From: Bacteroidia bacterium
Lineage (GTDB): Bacteria > Bacteroidota > Bacteroidia > NS11-12g > UBA955
Assembly (NCBI GenBank): GCA_044377005.1
Contig: JBILJV010000001.1
Coordinates: 34,999-98,998 of the forward strand
Reading direction: 5' to 3'
DNA length: 64,000 nucleotides
Both the position numbers and the translations under genes were made by a program. The notes beneath the pieces were generated by a model. It made no database searches. It saw nothing but the letters and a program-made list of their open reading frames with translations, and was not told the origin of the DNA. How positions within the stretch are numbered: the stretch's first letter is position 1; each line of letters opens with the position of its first letter. This document shows, in pieces, positions 21,227 through 31,076 of this stretch.

Positions 21227-21257
21227 AAACAATGCAAGTTATTTACTTGCATTGTTT
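21227..21257. terminator. Perfect palindromic hairpin (13-bp stem), terminator-like
   Basis: AAACAATGCAAGT-tattt-ACTTGCATTGTTT followed by TTCTT; downstream of the minus-strand small ORF. Confidence 0.4.
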
Positions 21258-21302
21258 TCTTGATTGGATGATATTTACTTTTATCAAAATTATTATATAT
21301 AA

Positions 21303-21593
21303 TTAGGAAAATATTATAGCTCTCAATATAATAATAACAAATATTAACATTGAATTTAAAACAAATGTTCTCCTTTGCTTTTTATTTAAATTCCCCTTTA
21401 ACCTATTTCTATTAAACAAAACATAGAGAAACAATAGCAAAACAAGATAAATCCATAAATTGGGGACTCCCAGATAATTATTAAATATTGGCATTAATAC
21501 TACTATATCTAAAATGATTACTCTAATAATAAATTCATTTTTAGAAACTTCTTCAATAATTGGGTTATTCTCTTTTTCGTTTGATCTATTCAT
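21303..21593 (-). CDS. Small multi-TM membrane protein (immunity-protein-like)
   Basis: 96 aa; 2-3 hydrophobic helices; basic inter-helix loop (NRNRLKGNLNKKQRR); lies directly downstream of the Cys-rich lipoprotein gene. Confidence 0.45.
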   Translation of the reverse strand: MNRSNEKENNPIIEEVSKNEFIIRVIILDIVVLMPIFNNYLGVPNLWIYLVLLLFLYVLFNRNRLKGNLNKKQRRTFVLNSMLIFVIIILRAIIFS

Positions 21594-21638
21594 TTGTGTG
21601 GTAATTTTAATTAGAAATTTAAAAAAAAATATTCAAAC

Positions 21639-22349
21639 TCAATTACAAAAAGTATTTATACCACTTGAAGTTAGAAATTCATTTCTTGTTGGATTTAGCA
21701 ATATACTTCTAAAAGCACTAGGACAATTACCATAATGAGTATCAAGTGCATCATTATAACAAACTCCATGTGCAGCAACACATAATCCAATGCCGATAAA
21801 ACCACCCCCTAATGTAAAACCGGCTGTTATAGCAGCACCAACAATACAAACAGCATAATATCTATCACAAGATTTAATTGCATTTCCTGCGGCTTTACAT
21901 GCTTGGGAAACATTAGCTTTGGAAACGTCAGATCTTCCTAAAAGTCCACTAAGATGATTGCCAATAATAATATAATCTTCATCAGTTAAACTTCCAATAC
22001 TCATGTTTTGCAAATTTTGAATACTTGAAGTATACGACGAGATAAATTCATCAAATTCTGGGTTTGATTGAAGTGTAGCATATATTTCATTTGAAGTTAA
22101 CCCACTTGATAACATATTTCTCAATTGACAAAATTGTTCATTACTTAAATTATCAAAAGCAATTGATATACTTTTAACATTTAATGCAATATTATAATGT
22201 AAATTTTGCTCAACCAACAAAGATTCATTAAATAAGTTATTTCCCTTTTGAGAAACCTCCACGATTTTATCATTTTTTGTGGTTTTTTCTTTATTACATG
22301 CATTAAACATAAGAATAGTAAATACCATTAAAACCAATTTTATTAACAT
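21639..22349 (-). CDS. Lipoprotein with C-terminal Cys-rich glycine-zipper hydrophobic domain (bacteriocin/toxin-like)
   Basis: Lipobox ILMFNAC; C-terminus GAAITAGFTLGGGFIGIGLCVAAHGVCY with 7-8 Cys; start could alternatively be the upstream ATG at 22412. Confidence 0.45.
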   Translation of the reverse strand: MLIKLVLMVFTILMFNACNKEKTTKNDKIVEVSQKGNNLFNESLLVEQNLHYNIALNVKSISIAFDNLSNEQFCQLRNMLSSGLTSNEIYATLQSNPEFDEFISSYTSSIQNLQNMSIGSLTDEDYIIIGNHLSGLLGRSDVSKANVSQACKAAGNAIKSCDRYYAVCIVGAAITAGFTLGGGFIGIGLCVAAHGVCYNDALDTHYGNCPSAFRSILLNPTRNEFLTSSGINTFCN

Positions 22350-22654
22350 AGTTTTATGGTTTATTAGACTTAATAGGACTCTTAAATGATTTTTTAAAAT
22401 GAATTTTTTCATGATTTTTTATATTTATATTTTTTGCTTACTCTTGCCTTTTTCAGCATTCAGGGTATCGGGGTCGGGTGAGAGGCCGTCTCTTTTGTTA
22501 TTCAACATTACAAATGAATATCTATTTTTTTTGATTTAAAAGGAATAAATTATTCCATTTTTACTCCATTTTTGGAATAAAGTGGAATAATAATGTCACA
22601 ATAATGCTATATTTTTTAATTCAACTTGTAATTATAATTTTCTGAAATTGAATA

Positions 22655-23024
22655 ATGAAAACGATTGGATTCAACCTGATATAAATAAATATTAAAGAAA
22701 GGCAAACCAAAATTGAACATATTGCTAAATCAATAGGCGTATCAAATGGTGAGTTATCAAAAATATTAAATGGAGAAAGGCTTAATTACTACAAACACAT
22801 TCTTGCTATAGCCGATTATTTCAACCTTTCTTTTTTGGAATTAGTAAAAAATGACCTTCCCAATTATTTAAAAAACTTCTCCATCCGAAAACGCTGAGGT
22901 GTTTTTACTCAACAAATACATTGCTCAATGTAATGAAACGATTAGTTCAAAAGATGCCACTTTAAACACCCTTGACAACTTGGTTAAATCTGAACGTGAA
23001 GCCAAAGAAAGCTACAAACGCTAA
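22655..23024 (+). pseudogene. Decayed XRE-family HTH regulator (in-frame TAA at codon 10 plus a downstream frameshift)
   Basis: MKTIGFNLI*INIKERQTKIEHIAKSIGVSNGELSKILNGER matches the Cro/C1 HTH signature but is interrupted by a stop at 22682-22684; the C-terminal tail continues in another frame. Confidence 0.45.
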
Positions 23025-23095
23025 TACGAAAACTGTAAAGAAAAATTAAAACTGGCAGAAGGTAAAAGAATTTGATTCTATCTGTCTTAATCCCC

Positions 23096-23183
23096 TCACT
23101 CAAACACCTTACTGCCCACTCTTATCATATTGCTGCCACATTGTATGGCTAGCAAGTAATCACCACTCATGCCCATGGAAATG
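23096..23183. repeat. Right direct repeat: the authentic yggS 3' end
   Basis: Partner of 21028..21115; contiguous with the intact yggS reading frame. Confidence 0.8.
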
Positions 23184-23743
23184 GTTTGGAAGTCGGGGAA
23201 CAGATTTAATGCTTTTATGTTGTCGAAATAGTGGCGAAGTTGTTTGAATTCCTTTTCGACTTGCGCTTTATTGTCGGTGTTGCTTGCCATACCCATCAGT
23301 CCCATGATGTTGATGTTTTTAAATTCACTTAATTGAGGGTGTTTGATGAGTGTCATTAATTCTTCTTCTGATAAGCCAAATTTGGTTTCTTCTGAGGCAA
23401 TATAAACTTGTAATAAGCAATTGATGACCCTGTTATTTTTGAGTCCTTGTTTGTTTATTTCTTCCAATAGTTTAAAACTGTCCACACTTTGAATCAAATG
23501 AATAAACGGCGCAATGTATTTAACCTTGTTGGTTTGTAAATGACCTATTAAATGCCATTTGATATTATCGGGTAAGGCTTCTTTTCTTTCCAACAAAGCT
23601 TGAACTCTGTTTTCAGCAAGGTGTAACATGCCCGCCTCATACACTTGTTTAATTTCTTCGATTGTTCTGTATTTGGAAACAACAACCAAATCAACATTTT
23701 GGCCTATTTCTTGTTTAATTCTTAATATGTTTTCAGCAACCAT
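23096..23743 (-). CDS. yggS: YggS-family PLP-binding protein (PLP homeostasis)
   Basis: N-terminal LVVVSKYRTIEEI with the PLP-lysine context; about 215 aa, a single alanine-racemase-N-like barrel. Confidence 0.85.
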   Translation of the reverse strand: MVAENILRIKQEIGQNVDLVVVSKYRTIEEIKQVYEAGMLHLAENRVQALLERKEALPDNIKWHLIGHLQTNKVKYIAPFIHLIQSVDSFKLLEEINKQGLKNNRVINCLLQVYIASEETKFGLSEEELMTLIKHPQLSEFKNINIMGLMGMASNTDNKAQVEKEFKQLRHYFDNIKALNLFPDFQTISMGMSGDYLLAIQCGSNMIRVGSKVFE

Positions 23744-23759
23744 TATATTTGCAAAATTA

Positions 23760-24116
23760 ATGAAACCTTACGTGTATTTTTTCTTTTTGATTTTTGTGTT
23801 TTCTTCATGCCAATCGGGAGACAAACTCGAGGTGGTAGATTCTAAACCAGATTGGGTAATTGAAGAGAATAAAATGATTGATATCATTATGGATTTAAGG
23901 GTAGTAGAAGCCGCAGTGTATATCAATTCCAATCAAGCGCCAAGAAACAAAACCAAAGATTGGGAGTTTGTTATGAAAAAACACCAAGTCGTTGACAGTG
24001 TTTTTATAAAAAGTCACGAGTATTATGCTGGATATCCTCAAGTTCTCTCTGGAATGTACGAGAGAGTGATTGATAGATTAAGCGAAATGCAAGCCGAAAA
24101 TTACGAAAATCAATAA
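23760..24116 (+). CDS. Small lipoprotein (start refined to the internal ATG)
   Basis: MKPYVYFFFLIFVFSSCQ lipoprotein signal; the track ORF start at 23628 would overlap the yggS 5' end. Confidence 0.55.
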   Translation: MKPYVYFFFLIFVFSSCQSGDKLEVVDSKPDWVIEENKMIDIIMDLRVVEAAVYINSNQAPRNKTKDWEFVMKKHQVVDSVFIKSHEYYAGYPQVLSGMYERVIDRLSEMQAENYENQ

Positions 24117-24126
24117 GTAAATCTGA

Positions 24127-26520
24127 GTGAATTATCCCGTTTCTATAGAAGAAAAGTTAGGTTTTGACAAAATCAGAGAGCTTTTAAAAAAAGAAACCTC
24201 AACCGATATCGGTAAAGAGGCTATTGATAAAATAACCTTTTCCAATCAATACAATAAAATTCAAGAATCCTTACAATTAATTAGTGAGCTTGAGTTATTG
24301 TCACAAACAGGTCAGTTTTCGCATACTTTTTTCGAATTTCTCGAAGATGTATTGTCTTTTTTAAACCCAATCGAAAAAGAAGGTGCCATTATTTATGAAG
24401 AGGAGTGGCAAGTAATAAGTAGTGCATTGTCTTGTTTCAATCAAATGTATTTAGAGGTTAACAAACAACAACATTTGTTGCCTTTAATGACTCAAAAGCA
24501 ATCGCGTTTGGTGGATTTAACCCCTTGCCTTCGTTTGATTAATGAAGTGATAGATGTAGCAGGAAAAATGAAGCCTGATGCTTCACCTGCCTTGAAAACA
24601 ATATCGAATTCTATCAATGAAAAAGAAAGAGAAATACGCAAAATATTATTGTCTAAATTTGAACTGGCTAAAAAGAACGATTGGGCAGGTGATACTGAAA
24701 TAACCATTAGAAATGAGCGTTTGGTTATTCCTATTATAGCAGAACATAAACGTAAAATCAATGGCTTTGTTCATGATGACAGTCAGAGTGGTAAGTTCTT
24801 ATACATTGAACCCATAGAATGTTTTGAAGGGAATAATCAATTGAAAGAATTGGTGCTTGAGCGCAAAAAAGAAGTTGAACGTATTTTAAAACAGCTCACC
24901 AAGGATGTTTCTGTGTATAAACAAGCTATTTTACACCATGTACAATGGCATGCCTTTATGGATGTGGTTGTTGCCAAACAAAGGTTAAGCAGCAAGCTCA
25001 AAGCTATAGCCCCAGACATTGTAAAAGAACAATCTCAGGTTCATTTAATAAATGCCAAACATCCTTTATTATATTTACAGTTTGACAAGGACAATAAAAA
25101 AATAGAACCATTAAATTTTCAAACCAATAAAAATGTTCATTTAATATTAATTTCTGGTCCTAATGCAGGTGGAAAAAGTATAGCCTTAAAAACCATTGGA
25201 TTGCTGCAATACATGTTGCAATGTGGTTTGAAAGTGCCTGTTTCGGTAGGCAGTAGTATGAAAATTTACGATGGCATTTTTATAGATATAGGAGACAATC
25301 AATCGATAGAAAACAATTTGAGTTCATACAGCAGTCATTTGTGGAGTATGAAAACATTTATGTCTGAAATTTCATCTAAGTCACTTTATTTAATAGATGA
25401 AATAGGAAATGGAACAGACCCTTCTATTGGAAGCAGTATAGCGCAAGCCATATTAGAACAATTTTTGAAAGCCGAGGCCTTTGGGGTTGTAACCACGCAT
25501 TTTGGCGAACTTAAAGCATGGGCAAGCGAAACAAAAGGGGTTATCAATGCAAGGATGTTGTATGATTTGCAGCATTTAGAGCCTTTGTTTAAGTTGGAAT
25601 TGGGCAAGCCGGGTAGTTCATTTGCGCTCGAGGTTGCGTCTAAAGTCGGATTAAAATCGCAAGTAATTGAAAGGGTAAGAGAAGTCAATAAATGGAAAAA
25701 TCAAATTGATTTAGATGAGCTTATTGCTGAAAACGAAAAAAACAAACAAGAGTTAGTCGAAAATAACAAGAGAATACAAGAGAAGGAAAAGGTGCTAGAC
25801 CGTCTTTTGAATGATTATCAACAACTGAAGGAAGAATTAATGTCGAGTAAGCAAGCGATATTAAAAACGGCCAAACAAAAGGCAGAGGAGATTATTGATG
25901 AAAGCAATAAGAAGGTTGAGCAAACCATCAAAGAAATAAAGGTTGCGAATGCCGAAAAAGAGAAAACCAAAAAGATTAGGGCAGATTTGGAAAAACACAA
26001 AAAACAAATTGAGCCTAAATTAGATGAAGAGATTAAACAGGTTCAAAAAACAAAGCCTGTAGAAGTTTTGAAGCTAAAGGTTGGTGATTGGGTTGTTAGG
26101 AATGGACAAACGACTTCAGGGGAGGTTTTAACACTAAAAAGCACAAAGGCAGAAGTCTTGTTTGGGCAAATAAAAATGTGGTTGAATCTATCTGATTTAA
26201 GCCGTTCCCAAGCCATGTCCAAAAAATCGATGAAAAATCAACAAGTGAATATTCATTTGTTTGAGAAACAAAGTCAGTTTTATCCCAATATCGATGTACG
26301 AGGAGTGAGAGGCGAGGAGGCAGTTCAAAAAATTAGTTCATTTTTGGAAGATGCTCATTTAATTGGTGCTAAGGATTTAAAAGTGATTCATGGCAGAGGT
26401 CATGGCATATTAAGAACCTTGATTAAAGAGCATTTAAAACAAAACAAATGGGTCAAGAAGTTTGAATTTGAGACCGAACAATTGGGTGGTGACGGGGTAA
26501 CGTTGATTACCTTGAAATAG
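24127..26520 (+). CDS. mutS2: Endonuclease MutS2 (MutS ATPase plus C-terminal Smr domain)
   Basis: Walker A GPNAGGKS; coiled-coil linker; C-terminal Smr (VRGVRGEEA...IHGRGHGILR); GTG start. Confidence 0.88.
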   Translation: MNYPVSIEEKLGFDKIRELLKKETSTDIGKEAIDKITFSNQYNKIQESLQLISELELLSQTGQFSHTFFEFLEDVLSFLNPIEKEGAIIYEEEWQVISSALSCFNQMYLEVNKQQHLLPLMTQKQSRLVDLTPCLRLINEVIDVAGKMKPDASPALKTISNSINEKEREIRKILLSKFELAKKNDWAGDTEITIRNERLVIPIIAEHKRKINGFVHDDSQSGKFLYIEPIECFEGNNQLKELVLERKKEVERILKQLTKDVSVYKQAILHHVQWHAFMDVVVAKQRLSSKLKAIAPDIVKEQSQVHLINAKHPLLYLQFDKDNKKIEPLNFQTNKNVHLILISGPNAGGKSIALKTIGLLQYMLQCGLKVPVSVGSSMKIYDGIFIDIGDNQSIENNLSSYSSHLWSMKTFMSEISSKSLYLIDEIGNGTDPSIGSSIAQAILEQFLKAEAFGVVTTHFGELKAWASETKGVINARMLYDLQHLEPLFKLELGKPGSSFALEVASKVGLKSQVIERVREVNKWKNQIDLDELIAENEKNKQELVENNKRIQEKEKVLDRLLNDYQQLKEELMSSKQAILKTAKQKAEEIIDESNKKVEQTIKEIKVANAEKEKTKKIRADLEKHKKQIEPKLDEEIKQVQKTKPVEVLKLKVGDWVVRNGQTTSGEVLTLKSTKAEVLFGQIKMWLNLSDLSRSQAMSKKSMKNQQVNIHLFEKQSQFYPNIDVRGVRGEEAVQKISSFLEDAHLIGAKDLKVIHGRGHGILRTLIKEHLKQNKWVKKFEFETEQLGGDGVTLITLK

Positions 26521-27457
26521 ATTTTTTAAATTTTCGGTATCTGTAAATTAAGCCTGCCACGATTGCGCTTAAGAAAATCCATATTGCCGTATACCACGGT
26601 TGTGAGGTTTGGGCCATTGTAACAATAGGTTTGTTTTTAACAAATGTTTTAATCGAATCCTCGGTTAGTGAATCAATATGAGCATAATTCCCCATAATAA
26701 AAGTTTCACTGAATGTGTCTAGTTTTATGTTTATTTGAGGGAATTCAAATGGAGGATATTCAATTTGTGGAATGCCCATCATCATTGGTATTTCAAACTT
26801 TGTGGTAATTGGAAAAAGGACTGAATAGCTCCATTTTTCGTTAAAGTTAAATGTAATCGTTCCTGGGCGAAAAAAATTGGGATAGGAGAGTTGTGTTTTG
26901 GGGATTGTAAAGTGGGTGGATACGGATAAAGAGTCTGTTAACTCAATACTTAAGCTGTCCCAAGTCAATTGCTTTGGAATGTGAATTTGGAGTGATTCGT
27001 TATAGATTAATTGGGTGTCTAAAGTAAATTCGGAAGCAGAGATTTTGATTTTATGGATTGGTGAAGTATTGCTAGGAGGGGTATTAACGAGTATATTAAG
27101 AATATTAATGTATTGAAAATTAGTCGTATTGATCTTAAAGCTTGTATTAACAACGGGGTTGTATAAAGTATCTTGAGATAAAAGAGGGTTTGCTGATATT
27201 GCTAATAATATCAATCCACATGCATATTTGAGTTGAGATTGCGAAGTTGTATAAGGATTTTTGTATTTACTGATTTGATGTTTGTAAAATCTGCCACAAG
27301 CATTGGGGTTTTTAATGAGGAATTGGTCAATCTCATCTGGTTCAAAATTGGTAAAATCAATAACATTTTTAGTGCATGATTGGCAATGCTTTCCATTTTT
27401 GGTAGGAGTCATTTGCTCCCAATTTTCGTGACATGGTTTAGGTATGCTTACGAGCAT
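26507..27457 (-). CDS. Hypothetical protein with N-terminal Cys/His-rich motif and C-terminal TM anchor
   Basis: CHENW...HCQSCTKN metal-binding-like N-terminus; terminal TM helix; 14-nt convergent overlap with mutS2. Confidence 0.45.
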   Translation of the reverse strand: MLVSIPKPCHENWEQMTPTKNGKHCQSCTKNVIDFTNFEPDEIDQFLIKNPNACGRFYKHQISKYKNPYTTSQSQLKYACGLILLAISANPLLSQDTLYNPVVNTSFKINTTNFQYINILNILVNTPPSNTSPIHKIKISASEFTLDTQLIYNESLQIHIPKQLTWDSLSIELTDSLSVSTHFTIPKTQLSYPNFFRPGTITFNFNEKWSYSVLFPITTKFEIPMMMGIPQIEYPPFEFPQINIKLDTFSETFIMGNYAHIDSLTEDSIKTFVKNKPIVTMAQTSQPWYTAIWIFLSAIVAGLIYRYRKFKKSISR

Positions 27458-27584
27458 AATTTATAAACGATAATTAAGTCAAGGATATTGTAAAAATAAT
27501 TAACTTGACAAAAAGATGACAAAAGAAAAAGGAGAGGATTGTTATGTAATAAAATTTAAATTATTTCGAGATAATAAAAAAACC

Positions 27585-28565
27585 TTAAGCTAAAATCCAA
27601 TTAAATTTGTATTCCGTTTTAGGAACCACTATTCTATCTGCAATTTTGGTCATTCTCTTAGGTAAAGCCATTACGTAGTCTCTTGCTTTCTCGGCTTCTT
27701 CATTAAATCCTGTCATGGTTTCTATTTTCCATTCGTCAATTAAGGATTGCATAATATCGATATAATCGTGCGCCGTGTAAACGCCAATTCTTTGAGCGGC
27801 ATCACTGAAGTTGGAAAATATGCCTGTTTCTGATCCTAATTGTTTTAAACATTGAGATGGCATTAATATTTTACTTCGCATCATTGTTTCAAATGCAATC
27901 ATCATTTCACTCGGGTCTAGTTCGAAAATTTTGCTTACAAATAATTTATAGGCTTTAGCATGACGTGCTTCATCCGCTGCAACCAAACCGCAAAGTTTAG
28001 AAAGCATGTTGTTGCCTTCTTGCTTAGCTATAGATGCTACTCTTCTGTGTGAAATGTTAGTTGCCAATTCTTGAAAACTGGTATAAACGAAATTTTTATA
28101 AGGGTCGGTAGCGGCTAAATTATCAAAGCCATCTGCGATTAAAAATTGGGTTGATGCTTCAAACTGCCTCATGTCTATTCTGCCACATAAATACAAATAT
28201 CGGTTTAAAACATCGCCATGTCTGTTTTCTTCAGCGGTCCACCTTCTAAGCCACTTCATCCAACCGTTGTTCTCATATTGATTTACCCCCTTAATGCCAG
28301 ACAACCAAGTTTCGTAAGTTGGTAAAGCCTCTTCGGTAATAGTGTCTGCAACCAAAACCGCCAAAAAATCGTAAGACAAGTTTTGAGCTTGTTCTTGAAT
28401 GGTTTTTAAGTCGCTAATAAAGCTTGTATCAGAAGTTAATGGCAATAGTTCAGAGGCTTGCCAATTGGTTTCAATAGGTTTTAAATAGTCGTCGCTTATT
28501 GAATCTATAGTGGTCCCAATATGTAACATAACTTCGGAACGCTGATCACTGATTTCTGGGGTCAT
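27585..28565 (-). CDS. Acyl-ACP desaturase (soluble diiron fatty-acid desaturase family)
   Basis: Two EExxH diiron motifs (TAEENRHG and AADEARHA); about 326 aa. Confidence 0.7.
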   Translation of the reverse strand: MTPEISDQRSEVMLHIGTTIDSISDDYLKPIETNWQASELLPLTSDTSFISDLKTIQEQAQNLSYDFLAVLVADTITEEALPTYETWLSGIKGVNQYENNGWMKWLRRWTAEENRHGDVLNRYLYLCGRIDMRQFEASTQFLIADGFDNLAATDPYKNFVYTSFQELATNISHRRVASIAKQEGNNMLSKLCGLVAADEARHAKAYKLFVSKIFELDPSEMMIAFETMMRSKILMPSQCLKQLGSETGIFSNFSDAAQRIGVYTAHDYIDIMQSLIDEWKIETMTGFNEEAEKARDYVMALPKRMTKIADRIVVPKTEYKFNWILA

Positions 28566-28735
28566 TAAATGGTATTAAGTCTGTAAAGGTAATAATTTGT
28601 ATTAATTATTATGAAAATTATTATTCAGTGTAAATCAAAGTGTTCGATTTTATATTGAATTTTAACAAATTAAACATTATTTTAAAATTAATAGAAAATA
28701 GTTTTAATGTTATTAATGGATTGTTAATTAAATAA

Positions 28736-29572
28736 CTAGGCATTTAAATAAATGCCATCTTCTTTGATAATAATTAATTTCTGCTTGTAAAGTAAGCCAA
28801 TTGTTTTTTTAAAATTTTTTTTACTCATTCCCAGAATGGCTTTAATTTCATCGGGATGACTATTGTCAGTTAAATTTAAAACGCCCCCTTTTTTCTTTAT
28901 TTTCTCTAAAATCAATTGTGAACTAGGTTCAATAATATTTTTATATCCTATTGGTCTAAGAGTGACATCAATTTTGTGGTCGTCGCGAATCTTTTTAATG
29001 TAGCCTTTTATTTTATCACCAGTTGTGATGTCTATATAAATATCATCAAAATAAACCAAACCAAGGTGTTTTTCATTGATAACTACATTGAATCCCAAAT
29101 CAGTTTTGTTGGCAATAATTAATCTAACATCTTGACCTTCTTCTATTGTTAATTCCTCGTTTTTTAAAAAACGATTGATTCTTTCTGTGGCTGCAAGTCT
29201 TCCTGAACTTTTGTCTAAATACATGTAAACCAAATAAGACTGACCGACTCGCATTTTACTCACTTGCTCTTGGAAAGGTACAAATAAATCTTTCTCTAAT
29301 CCCCAATACATGAATGCACCGCCTCTGTTAATGTCCACAACCTCCAAACAAGCAAAACGATGCATTGTAATATAAGGCTTTAGAGTTGTAGCAACCCATC
29401 TTTCTTCATAATCCAAATAAACAAAAACCTCTATTTTATCATCCACTTTAATGTTTTTAGGGACATATTTATTGGGTAAAAGAACCTCATCTCCCTCTGC
29501 ATTTCCCAAAAAAGCACCCGGAGCGGTTAACCTCAAAACTTTCAGTGTATTGTAATTGCCTATTTCTATCAT
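28736..29572 (-). CDS. CvfB/YitL-family S1-like RNA-binding protein
   Basis: 278 aa; tandem S1-like OB folds plus a C-terminal winged-helix-like tail; N-terminus matches the CvfB family pattern. Confidence 0.65.
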   Translation of the reverse strand: MIEIGNYNTLKVLRLTAPGAFLGNAEGDEVLLPNKYVPKNIKVDDKIEVFVYLDYEERWVATTLKPYITMHRFACLEVVDINRGGAFMYWGLEKDLFVPFQEQVSKMRVGQSYLVYMYLDKSSGRLAATERINRFLKNEELTIEEGQDVRLIIANKTDLGFNVVINEKHLGLVYFDDIYIDITTGDKIKGYIKKIRDDHKIDVTLRPIGYKNIIEPSSQLILEKIKKKGGVLNLTDNSHPDEIKAILGMSKKNFKKTIGLLYKQKLIIIKEDGIYLNA

Positions 29573-29705
29573 CCAACGGCAAAGATAATGTTTTAGTTTG
29601 ATAAGCTTGGTTTGTGATAAATTTAGCTAATCGTTGATGCTAAACTTAAAAGGGAGTTAAATTTATTTTGAAAAAAACACTTATTATTTCAATAAAGCGT
29701 TGATA

Positions 29706-31076
29706 TTAAAGTTGCTTCAACTTTGAATCAAGTTTTTGTCCTAAAAATTGATTAAACCAATGAGCGCTTTCTTTCAAAGTTCTTTTTTTAGTCACAAAGT
29801 CCACGTGTATCAGTCCAAATCGAGGTTCATAGCCTTCAGCCCATTCAAAATTATCAATTAGGGACCATGTAAAATAGCCTTTGATATCTACACCTTCATC
29901 TTTAGCATTTAAAACTTCTTGAAGGTGCGATTGGTAAAATATTATTCGTTGGTAATCTTGTATGCTATTGTTTTCTATTATGTCATTAAGGGCTATGCCA
30001 TTTTCGGTAATGTATAAAGGCGTATTTAATTGGTATTGATTCAGCTTTATTAATGTATGATAAATACTAGGAGGGTGTATTTCCCAATTCATCATGGTTA
30101 ATTCTTTGGTTCTTTTTACCGCCGGTATATGTTTAATGGGGAGTAATGGGTTTAGATAATTGTACTTAAACAATTCTCTTGTATAGTTTTGCACTCCAAT
30201 AAAATCAAGTGGTGTCTTTAGTAAGTGTTCGTCTTTTTTAAGGTAGTTTTTCTGAGATTTGGTAAATAATTTGATGTTTTCAATCGGATAACCTTTGCCA
30301 ATAATTGGCTCAAAAAACAATCTGTTAATCAATATATCTGCAAGATTAGCTGCTTTTTTATTTTGAGGCTTTGAATCTATACTTTCAATGTGAGTAAAAG
30401 AAAATGAAGATCCAATCTGAAGTTCGGGATTTATTTTTTTTAAAGTATAATAGGTTATGTTAATACATAAGTTGGCGTGATGTAATGCCTTAATAAAGGG
30501 CTTTACTCCTCTTCTACCAGGGGCATGTATTCCAAAAAAATAACCTGCACCAACAAACACTGAAGGCTCATTCAATAATATCCAGTGTTTAACATTAGGT
30601 AATTGCTGAATACAAACAGTAGCATATTGCTTAAACCATTGCACGATTTCAGGATTAGTCCATCCGCCTTTTTTCTCAAGAGCCTGTGGTAAGTCCCAAT
30701 GATATAGGGTTATCCAAGGAGTGATTCCTTTTTCTAAACAATAAGCGACTATCGATTGGTAAAACTCAAATCCTTCATTGTTGATATTTTCGCCGTCGGG
30801 CATTACACGAGCCCAAGCAATGCTAAATCTAAAATGCTTGAACCCTATTGATTTTAAATGGTCAATATCTGTTTTGTAGTGTGTATAAAAATCAGCAGAG
30901 TTTTTTAAGTGTTCCCTGTTTTTAATGGGGTGTTTTTTGAAAAATCGGGTTGGGGGATTGCAAAATTCATCCCAAATAGAAGGCCCTTTCCCTCCTATGT
31001 CCGTAGCAGATTCTGTTTGTGCAGCAGAAATAGAAGCGCCCCAAATAAATGATTCACCAAAATGATTTATCGTCAA
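29706..31076 (-). CDS. GH1 beta-glucosidase
   Basis: GH1 signatures FIWGASISAAQTE, TLYHWDLPQ, acid/base LNEP, nucleophile ITENG. Confidence 0.88.
   Translation of the reverse strand: MTINHFGESFIWGASISAAQTESATDIGGKGPSIWDEFCNPPTRFFKKHPIKNREHLKNSADFYTHYKTDIDHLKSIGFKHFRFSIAWARVMPDGENINNEGFEFYQSIVAYCLEKGITPWITLYHWDLPQALEKKGGWTNPEIVQWFKQYATVCIQQLPNVKHWILLNEPSVFVGAGYFFGIHAPGRRGVKPFIKALHHANLCINITYYTLKKINPELQIGSSFSFTHIESIDSKPQNKKAANLADILINRLFFEPIIGKGYPIENIKLFTKSQKNYLKKDEHLLKTPLDFIGVQNYTRELFKYNYLNPLLPIKHIPAVKRTKELTMMNWEIHPPSIYHTLIKLNQYQLNTPLYITENGIALNDIIENNSIQDYQRIIFYQSHLQEVLNAKDEGVDIKGYFTWSLIDNFEWAEGYEPRFGLIHVDFVTKKRTLKESAHWFNQFLGQKLDSKLKQL

Noticed and set aside
21514-21735. 73-aa plus-strand ORF spanning two minus-strand island genes
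   Set aside because: It overlaps both the small TM protein gene and the lipoprotein gene; an Ile/Leu/Phe-rich AT-driven frame.
22460-22495. GC-rich patch (gggtatcggggtcgggtgagaggccgtctc) in AT-rich intergenic DNA, considered as a tRNA/ncRNA fragment
   Set aside because: No cloverleaf-compatible pairing, too short, no conserved tRNA boxes; it may be a degraded remnant, but this cannot be supported.
23628-23759. Track start at 23628 for the small lipoprotein ORF
   Set aside because: It would overlap the yggS N-terminal coding region on the opposite strand; the internal ATG at 23760 gives a canonical lipoprotein signal.
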